IMG/VR virus record: IMGVR_UViG_3300035422_000089
Coordinates: 9,670 to 73,669 of that record
Reading direction: 5' to 3' (one strand)
Origin: a virus
Taxonomy: Duplodnaviria > Caudoviricetes
DNA length: 64,000 bases
This document shows, piece by piece, positions 57,457 to 64,000 of this stretch (the first letter of the stretch is position 1; each line of letters starts with the position of its first letter). The notes below the pieces were generated by a model. That model was not told where the DNA came from. It was given only the letters and a program-made list of their open reading frames with translations, and searched no databases. Made by a program: the position numbers and the translations under genes.

Positions 57457-60400
57457 TTGACAGTACAAAAAAGAGATGGGCGCAAAGTTAAATTTGATAA
57501 AGAAAAAATCAAGATAGCTGTATTGAAAGCATTTATTGATGTAGATGGCGAGGAAACAGTTTATGCAAAAGAAAAAGCCAGGGATATCGCTAATTTTATA
57601 GAAGCTTTAAATAAGAGCATGACTGTTGAGGAGATTCAGGATCAGGTAGAAGAAAGACTGATGGCAAGTAATCGTAAAGATGTGGCAAGAAAATACATTA
57701 TATATAGAAATAACAGAACCGCCATTAGAGAGAAAAATACACAATTAATGAAGGATATTTCTGAAAAGTTAAATGCAGATAACGTTCAAAACCAAAATGC
57801 AAATGTAGATGAGAAATCTTTTGGAGGAAGAGTAGGAGAAGCAAGCGACACTGTTTTAAAAAAATACGCATTAGATAATTGTATGTCAGAAATGGCAAGG
57901 AATAATCATTTGAATAATGAAATCTATATACATGATTTAAATAGTTATGCCGTTGGGATGCATAATTGCCTATCCATCCCATTTGATAAGTTATTAGCTG
58001 AAGGATTTAACACAAGACAAACAGATGTAAGACCGGCGCAATCGGTAAGTACAGCATTTCAGTTAGTAGCAGTTATATTTCAGTTACAGTCTTTACAGCA
58101 ATTCGGAGGTGTTTCAGCAACGCACCTTGACTGGACAATGATTCCATATGTAAGAAAGAGTTTTTATAAACACTATATAGATGGATGCATTTATATTGAA
58201 GGGAAAGATAGTTGTTGGTTACAGCAAAATATTTATGATTATATTAACGATCCTGAATGCTTCGCTGAGGAACAAGGTATTGAATCTGATTTGTGGAAGG
58301 AACTACCTAAAGTTTACAAATATGCAATGGATAAAACAGAAAAAGAAGTATATCAAGCGGTGGAAGGACTCTACCATAATTTAAACACGCTACAGAGTCG
58401 ATCAGGGAACCAATTACCATTCACTTCGATTAATTATGGCACTTGTACAGAACCAGAAGGTAGAATGGTTACAAAAGCGTTATTGGAAGTTTCGATTAAT
58501 GGAATTGGAAGATTACATAAGACAAGCATTTTTCCTTGTGGAATTTTTCAATGTATGAAAGGTGTGAATAGGAAGCCAGGAGATCCAAATTATGATTTAT
58601 TTAGACTGGCACTTAAATCTACGGCACAGAGATTATATCCTAACTATGCAAATGTAGATTGGTCTGGTAATGAAGGATATGATAGAAATGATCCAAAAAC
58701 ATTTTTCAGTACAATGGGATGTGTTGAAGGAAATGAAATTATAACATATAAATTTAAGAATAACTTATATGTAGAATCTTTTAAACGAATGTGGTATCGC
58801 CTCTCTGATTATTTTGATATCAAACAACAAGTCAATGGAAATAATGAAAACTTATATTTGGAAGTTGATGATATAAAAATATATGATACAGAAAAAGGTT
58901 TTGTTTCAGTTAAAAAAGTTATTAGGAATACCAGCTCTGAATGGTTAAATGTAAAAATGTCACATGGTCGTTCATTGATTTGTACCATAGATCATCCATT
59001 TCATACAAATAGAGGAAGAGTTAGAGCTGATGAACTAAAAAAGAATGATGTTATAAACATTAATCCTTCTCAATATTATGAAGAAAATCTTGTTTTTGAT
59101 GAACATAAGGCATGGCTGCTAGGATTTATTTTGTGTGATGGATGTTACGATGGACATTTATCATCATCTATTGCACTTGATACTGAGGATGATATTGAAG
59201 TGGCTTACATTGAACGAATGAAAGAATGCTTTGATAGTAATATAGAAGTAATAGAAAGACACAGAGGATCAAAGGGAAATTATAAAGATTTATGTTCTGT
59301 TGGAAATGTTACAGGGATTATTGATTATTTGTCAACAAAGTATGAAGGGCTTACAAAAGCAAGAAGGCATATTCCTAATGAAGTATTTTCATGGAATTAT
59401 AATGCCAAATTAAGTTTCTTAGCAGGAATGATTGACGCAGATGGCTATATAAATCCAACAACACATAACGGATCTGTTGTACAAATCGGATCAACAAATA
59501 AAGAATTAGCATTGCAACAAATGGCATTAGCACAATCATTAGGAATGCCATGTGCAGTATATCAAAACCATTATTCAAAAAAGAATCCAAATGCAATAAG
59601 ATACAGAATTGAATTTGCACCTAGTGACGATTTGCTAACATTTATTGTGTCACATAAAAAACTTGATAATTATGTAGAAAATGAAACAAATTATTGTTTT
59701 TTCAAGTCAGAAGTAAATAGTGTAACAACAATCAGTAATATGTCTGAATATAGCTATGATGTAGAAACGGAAAGTGATCATTTTGAAGTTAGTGGAATTT
59801 ACAGTCATAATTGTAGAACTGCAAATGGATGGGATATTAACGGATTTGGACAATTAAAAGATGGAAGAGGAAATATTTGTCCTGTAACAATTATTATGCC
59901 AACATTGGCAAAAGAAGCAGAGGAATACATAGTAAATAATGAAACATTTTGGGGAACCAAAGAAATTGTTGATTATTTTATGCAATTATTAAACCAGAAA
60001 ATTCATGAAGCAAAGGATATGTTACTTGAGAGATTTGAATGGATTTGTAATCAGTCACCCGACTCAGCAAAATTTATGTATGAAAATGGAGTTATGGAAG
60101 GATATGATGGGAAAGATATTCGTTCTGCTCTAAAACATGGAACTCTTGCGATTGGTCAGTTAGGATTAGCAGAAACACTTCAAATTCTTATTGGGTGTGA
60201 CCACACAACAGATAAGGGTATGGAGCTTGCAAAGCAAATTGAGCAGATATTCAAAGATAGATGCACTGAGTTTAAAGAACAATATAAATTGAATTTTGGA
60301 GTATATTATACACCTGCTGAAAATTTGTGTTTCACATCCATGAAGAAATTTCAAGAAAAATATGGTGTAATTCCTAATGTATCTGATAAGAAATTCTTTA

Positions 60401-60789
60401 CAAATTCAATTCATGTTCCTGTGTGGATTAAAATGACACCAACAGAAAAAATTGATATTGAATCACAACTTACTGGTTATAGTAGTGCTGGATGTATAAC
60501 ATATGTTGAACTCGAAGGAAGTGTAAAAAATAATTTAGATGCACTTGAGACTATTGTAAATTATGCAATGGATAAAGATATTCCTTACTTTGCAATTAAC
60601 GTTCCGAATGATATGTGTACGAATTGTGGATATTGTGATGATATCAATAAAGAATGTCCTATGTGTGGATGTAACGAAATTAGGAGATTGCGTAGGGTAA
60701 CTGGTTATTTAACTGGCGATTATAAAAGTGCATTTAATTCGGGTAAACAGCAGGAAGTGGAAATGAGGGTGAAGCATCAAAAGTTATAG
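57457..60789 (+). CDS. nrdD: Anaerobic (class III) ribonucleotide reductase with ATP-cone and intein
   Basis: VQKRDG cone, HNC, MG[intein]CRT, RRVTGYL glycyl-radical motif. Confidence 0.95.
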   Translation: MTVQKRDGRKVKFDKEKIKIAVLKAFIDVDGEETVYAKEKARDIANFIEALNKSMTVEEIQDQVEERLMASNRKDVARKYIIYRNNRTAIREKNTQLMKDISEKLNADNVQNQNANVDEKSFGGRVGEASDTVLKKYALDNCMSEMARNNHLNNEIYIHDLNSYAVGMHNCLSIPFDKLLAEGFNTRQTDVRPAQSVSTAFQLVAVIFQLQSLQQFGGVSATHLDWTMIPYVRKSFYKHYIDGCIYIEGKDSCWLQQNIYDYINDPECFAEEQGIESDLWKELPKVYKYAMDKTEKEVYQAVEGLYHNLNTLQSRSGNQLPFTSINYGTCTEPEGRMVTKALLEVSINGIGRLHKTSIFPCGIFQCMKGVNRKPGDPNYDLFRLALKSTAQRLYPNYANVDWSGNEGYDRNDPKTFFSTMGCVEGNEIITYKFKNNLYVESFKRMWYRLSDYFDIKQQVNGNNENLYLEVDDIKIYDTEKGFVSVKKVIRNTSSEWLNVKMSHGRSLICTIDHPFHTNRGRVRADELKKNDVININPSQYYEENLVFDEHKAWLLGFILCDGCYDGHLSSSIALDTEDDIEVAYIERMKECFDSNIEVIERHRGSKGNYKDLCSVGNVTGIIDYLSTKYEGLTKARRHIPNEVFSWNYNAKLSFLAGMIDADGYINPTTHNGSVVQIGSTNKELALQQMALAQSLGMPCAVYQNHYSKKNPNAIRYRIEFAPSDDLLTFIVSHKKLDNYVENETNYCFFKSEVNSVTTISNMSEYSYDVETESDHFEVSGIYSHNCRTANGWDINGFGQLKDGRGNICPVTIIMPTLAKEAEEYIVNNETFWGTKEIVDYFMQLLNQKIHEAKDMLLERFEWICNQSPDSAKFMYENGVMEGYDGKDIRSALKHGTLAIGQLGLAETLQILIGCDHTTDKGMELAKQIEQIFKDRCTEFKEQYKLNFGVYYTPAENLCFTSMKKFQEKYGVIPNVSDKKFFTNSIHVPVWIKMTPTEKIDIESQLTGYSSAGCITYVELEGSVKNNLDALETIVNYAMDKDIPYFAINVPNDMCTNCGYCDDINKECPMCGCNEIRRLRRVTGYLTGDYKSAFNSGKQQEVEMRVKHQKL
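58720..59811 (+). mobile_element. 364-aa LAGLIDADG-containing intein in NrdD
   Basis: Starts CVEG after MG, ends YSHN before Cys of CRT; LGFILCDG and FLAGMIDADG. Confidence 0.95.
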
Positions 60790-60797
60790 GAGAGTAC

Positions 60798-61487
60798 ATG
60801 AATTATTTAAGAATAGATAAAGAAGATATATGTAACGGAGAAGGTTTGAGAGTCGTACTATGGCTCTCAGGCTGTTCTCATAAATGTAAAGGATGCCAAA
60901 ATCCTCAAACGTGGGATGCTAATAGAGGTGTCCCATTTGATGAATCGGCAAAAGAAGAATTATTTAGAGAGTTGGATAAAGATTATATTTCAGGTCTAAC
61001 ACTAAGCGGAGGTGATCCACTTTTTGAAAGTAATCTTGATGATGTATTAAAGTTGGTCACTGAGGTAAATAAACGATACAACGCTGCACAATATATAGAT
61101 ACAAACAACCATTATAAGCACAATATATTGAATATAAATGCCAATGAAATCCGTCTTTCAAAGCCGCAGAAATCTATCTGGTTATACACTGGATATACAA
61201 TATCTACATGTGAATATTTTAATGATACTATATTTACTTTTAATCCATCCTATTATCATTTGAATCCTCTGAACAATAAATCTGTCAAAGTTGATGAAAA
61301 AGCATTTCTAATTAAGCAAGATAAAAAACGAAAAGAAATATTTAAGAACATAGATGTGCTTGTAGATGGTAAATATATAGATTCTCAACGCGATATCACA
61401 TTACCCTATCGCGGTTCTTTAAATCAAAGACTTATTGATGTAAAACAATCATTACAAAAAGGTAAGATAGTATTATGGCAAATATGA
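60798..61487 (+). CDS. nrdG: Anaerobic RNR activase (radical SAM)
   Basis: CSHKCKGCQN, LSGGDP, GSLNQR. Confidence 0.95.
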   Translation: MNYLRIDKEDICNGEGLRVVLWLSGCSHKCKGCQNPQTWDANRGVPFDESAKEELFRELDKDYISGLTLSGGDPLFESNLDDVLKLVTEVNKRYNAAQYIDTNNHYKHNILNINANEIRLSKPQKSIWLYTGYTISTCEYFNDTIFTFNPSYYHLNPLNNKSVKVDEKAFLIKQDKKRKEIFKNIDVLVDGKYIDSQRDITLPYRGSLNQRLIDVKQSLQKGKIVLWQI

Positions 61488-61640
61488 TCATAACGAGTGA
61501 ATGTGAACAATGCATTCACTCAACAATTAATGAAGAAGATAAAGCAAGAATAAAAGTATACTGCAATATAAAAGACAAAACGTACTATTTCGGACAATGT
61601 ATTCCTTGTGATTATAAAGAAAAAAGAAAAGGAGATAAAA

Positions 61641-62075
61641 ATGGAAGTTAAAATAAAGAAACTAAAAGAAAATGCAATTATTCCAACAAGAGGAAGCGAA
61701 AAATCAGTCGGTTATGATTTATATGCCTGCTGTGAAGATACTATTATTATAGAACCATATAAAACGGAAAAAATTGGAACCGGATTAGCGATCCGTCCGC
61801 CTGAAGGATATTTTGGGGCAATTTTTGCAAGAAGTGGTTTGGCAACTAAAAATGGATTAAGACCAGCTAATTGTGTCGGCGTGTGTGATGAAGATTATAC
61901 CGGAGAGTATATAGTGGCATTACATAATGATTCCAGTAGTATAAGAGCAATAAAATCAGGAGATAGAATGGCGCAACTGGTTTTTCTTCCCTATACTAAT
62001 GTTGATTTCCATGAAGTTGATGAATTAGAAAATACTGAACGAGGAAGTGGTGGGTTTGGAAGCACAGGAAAATAA
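61641..62075 (+). CDS. dut: Trimeric dUTPase
   Basis: GYDL, RSGL, GVCDEDYTG, RGSGGFGSTG. Confidence 0.95.
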   Translation: MEVKIKKLKENAIIPTRGSEKSVGYDLYACCEDTIIIEPYKTEKIGTGLAIRPPEGYFGAIFARSGLATKNGLRPANCVGVCDEDYTGEYIVALHNDSSSIRAIKSGDRMAQLVFLPYTNVDFHEVDELENTERGSGGFGSTGK

Positions 62076-62250
62076 AATATTAAATCAGGAAGACTTATAT
62101 GAAATACTTCCATTTGGGAAAACCAAAGTTCATCAGCTAATTAAGTCAGAACAGCTTCCTCTAGTAAAAATAGGAAAAGACTATATAACAACATTTAATA
62201 TATTAGAAGAGTGGATTAAAAACCACTTAGGTGAAGAGATATATTACTAA
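62047..62250 (+). CDS. Excisionase-like HTH protein
   Basis: LYEILPFGKTKVHQLIKS..LP.VKIG; adjacent to integrase. Confidence 0.75.
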   Translation: MVGLEAQENKILNQEDLYEILPFGKTKVHQLIKSEQLPLVKIGKDYITTFNILEEWIKNHLGEEIYY

Positions 62251-62308
62251 TTGATATAATGTCAAATCAGTGATAAGATACTATTAATCTAAACTGTATT
62301 GACATTAT
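62251..62308 (+). promoter_or_regulatory. Integrase promoter overlapped by a 10-bp inverted repeat
   Basis: TTGATA-17 bp-TGaTAAGAT; ATAATGTCAA (62256) / TTGACATTAT (62299). Confidence 0.55.
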
Positions 62309-62329
62309 TCTTTATGGAGGTGAAATAGG

Positions 62330-63511
62330 ATGAATAATGTCACTACAATGATAAATAGTATGAACATAAAAATGAGAGCAGACAATAGATTTGAGGGACG
62401 TATGACAGTTAATGGGAAACGTAAAAGTTTCTATGGTTCTACTAAGTCTGAGATTAAACAAAAAGCAAAAGAATATCTTCAAAAAGTGGAAAATGGATAT
62501 AAAGACCCTAAAAGAATAACTTTTAATGAGTATGCTGAATATTGGTTTATTACTTATAAAAATGGAAAAATTGAACCATCTTCGTATACAAGATTATATC
62601 GTGTATTTGATTCTCAGATACGAAATACACTTGGTAGAAAATTTATTGGAGAAATAAAGACCAGTGATATACAAAAATTGATAGATGAGTATGCTAATCC
62701 CTCAAATGATAACATCAAACCGCTTGCTATGTCTGGATTAAAAAAAATATTACAGTTTCTAAGACCATGCTTTAAAATGGCTGTCAAGGAAGAAATTATA
62801 TCATCTAATCCATGCGATGATGTTATTTTACCAAATGTAAGTTATATTGTATTAGAAACAAAACAACAATATTCACTTAGCGATACAGAGATTGAACAAT
62901 TTCGTAATGTTGCATTAGAAAAATATAAAACTACAGGTGAATATTGTAGTAGAAATGCAATCGTATTATTGATAATTTTAAATCTTGGATTACGCGCGGG
63001 TGAAGCATTAGTCCTTGAATGGGATGATATAAATTTAAAAGATAAAATTGTTTATATCAATAAAACATTGCAATGTGGAATAAAAAATGATAGTAATAAT
63101 GGCACATCGTATGTGTCAAGAATCAAGAAATCAGCTAAGACTAAATCAGGAGTACGATTTTTACAGTTGAATGATCAAGTCATGTTCTACTTAAACGAAC
63201 TTATAGAATATGATAAGCGCAATGGTATAAAATCAAAATATGTATGCTGTAATAATTATGGTAAATTGAACAACCATAGAAACTTACAATGTTGCTTAAA
63301 TTCCATTAGTAAAAAAATGGTACTAGATAAGCATATCACATTGCATACACTTAGACATACTTTTGGTTCTGTTTTAATTCGTAGAGGAGTTGGGATTGAA
63401 GTTATTAGTAAGCTTATGGGTCATGCAAATATTACAATAACATTCAACAAATATATCCATACGATAAAAGAGGAAGAAGCAAAGGCAATGAATATGGTAA
63501 CTATATGTTGA
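62330..63511 (+). CDS. int: Tyrosine integrase
   Basis: GLRAGE, HTLRHT, MGH..I.IT..Y. Confidence 0.95.
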   Translation: MNNVTTMINSMNIKMRADNRFEGRMTVNGKRKSFYGSTKSEIKQKAKEYLQKVENGYKDPKRITFNEYAEYWFITYKNGKIEPSSYTRLYRVFDSQIRNTLGRKFIGEIKTSDIQKLIDEYANPSNDNIKPLAMSGLKKILQFLRPCFKMAVKEEIISSNPCDDVILPNVSYIVLETKQQYSLSDTEIEQFRNVALEKYKTTGEYCSRNAIVLLIILNLGLRAGEALVLEWDDINLKDKIVYINKTLQCGIKNDSNNGTSYVSRIKKSAKTKSGVRFLQLNDQVMFYLNELIEYDKRNGIKSKYVCCNNYGKLNNHRNLQCCLNSISKKMVLDKHITLHTLRHTFGSVLIRRGVGIEVISKLMGHANITITFNKYIHTIKEEEAKAMNMVTIC

Positions 63512-63519
63512 CGAGAAAT

Positions 63520-63618
63520 GTGTGGTCAAATTGGGGTCAAAATAAAATAATATTTTAAAAATGTAGTATATTCGGGTGTTGTATGTAACTGTCGAGGGTT
63601 CAAATCCCCCTCTCGCTA
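63520..63618 (+). other. Prophage attachment site: GGTCAAA direct repeats plus tRNA 3' fragment
   Basis: tGGTCAAAttggGGTCAAA; T arm GAGGG-TTCAAAT-CCCCC then TCTCGCTA (63594-63618); tRNA identity not determinable. Confidence 0.7.
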
Positions 63619-63881
63619 TTTGGAAGAAGTCCAAAAAACTTGTAAAATCAAGGGTTCTGGGCTTTTTTAGTGCCTGAATATATAGTGAGGAAATGGATAT
63701 GATCTTGTCGAAAATGGCTGCATGAGCCTCACAGAGTGTCGGAAAAGGTTAAAGGACATTATAGACAAAATATCAGAAAAATTGATTAATGAAAGGATAG
63801 CCATAGGAGGCATCATTCAAGCCAGGAGTATTTGCTCATGTGAGATAAAGAAGTAAAAGAAGTGTAAAAAATTTTGCCGTT

Positions 63882-63907
63882 CCCTGTCCGGCTGACTGCC
63901 GGACGGG
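63882..63907 (-). terminator. GC-rich hairpin after the minus-strand recombinase gene
   Basis: CCCTGTCCGGC-tgact-GCCGGACGGG. Confidence 0.5.
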
Positions 63908-63914
63908 TCGGGCT

Positions 63915-64000
63915 TTAGTCGGGCAATTCTACCTTGCCGACAAAAGAGTAATAGATTTCGATTTCCTGTCTGCGGAGCTTCCCCCGGCGTTTCCCGTCAA
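63915..64000 (-). CDS. C-terminal fragment of a large serine recombinase (DUF4368-type tail) of a neighbouring element
   Basis: DGKRRGKLRRQEIEIYYSFVGKVELPD*; much higher GC than the prophage. Confidence 0.6.
   Translation of the reverse strand, partial: DGKRRGKLRRQEIEIYYSFVGKVELPD

Larger units (their letters stand above)
1..63618 (+). mobile_element. Large SPbeta-like prophage (right arm: accessory, replication and nucleotide-metabolism genes, integrase, att)
   Basis: Co-oriented phage-type replication and nucleotide genes, many small hypothetical genes, terminal Xis + tyrosine integrase followed by a tRNA 3' fragment; left boundary and structural genes lie outside the window. Confidence 0.9.

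Noticed and set aside
54835-62075. DNA hypermodification pathway (ThyX-like, kinase, NDT-like, dUTPase)
   Set aside because: All are explained as ordinary dNTP supply; no modification-specific enzymes were recognised
265-63634. Many minus-strand and out-of-frame ORFs in the track (e.g. 496-885, 33370-33972, 34566-34976, 63374-63634)
   Set aside because: They are shadows of longer + strand genes with clear motifs and have no SD or recognisable domains

Overview
AT-rich (Clostridia/Lachnospiraceae-like) right arm of a large SPbeta-like temperate prophage. Nearly all genes are on the + strand. Layout: tRNA(CAT), sigma factor, DUF262; a long accessory region of small genes (3.4-32 kb and 45.5-57.3 kb) with 8 orphan DNA methyltransferases, a Thg1-like gene behind a LAGLIDADG endonuclease and a kinase-phosphatase-ligase RNA-repair gene; a replication block (SSB, AAA ATPase, DnaB, primase, RecJ, family-B polymerase, RecD2, Gp157); nucleotide metabolism (LigA, ThyX-like, kinase, intein-containing NrdD, NrdG, dUTPase); then Xis, a tyrosine integrase and a tRNA-3'-end att site at about 63.6 kb, followed by the tail of a neighbouring element's serine recombinase. 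Most notable unexplained structure: (1) about 35 copies of a 16-bp palindrome TRAAW-N6-TTTYA at accessory-gene junctions, suggesting an integron/pdif-like gene-cassette system; (2) two tandem -1 ribosomal frameshift signals of identical design that append extra target-recognition modules to a circularly permuted C5 methyltransferase; (3) a family of 8 leaders upstream of MTase/RNA-repair genes that separate the SD from the start codon and carry variable but almost always self-complementary palindromes; (4) three NrdR-box-like pairs spaced exactly 32 bp apart. All calls were made by eye; no database searches were run.
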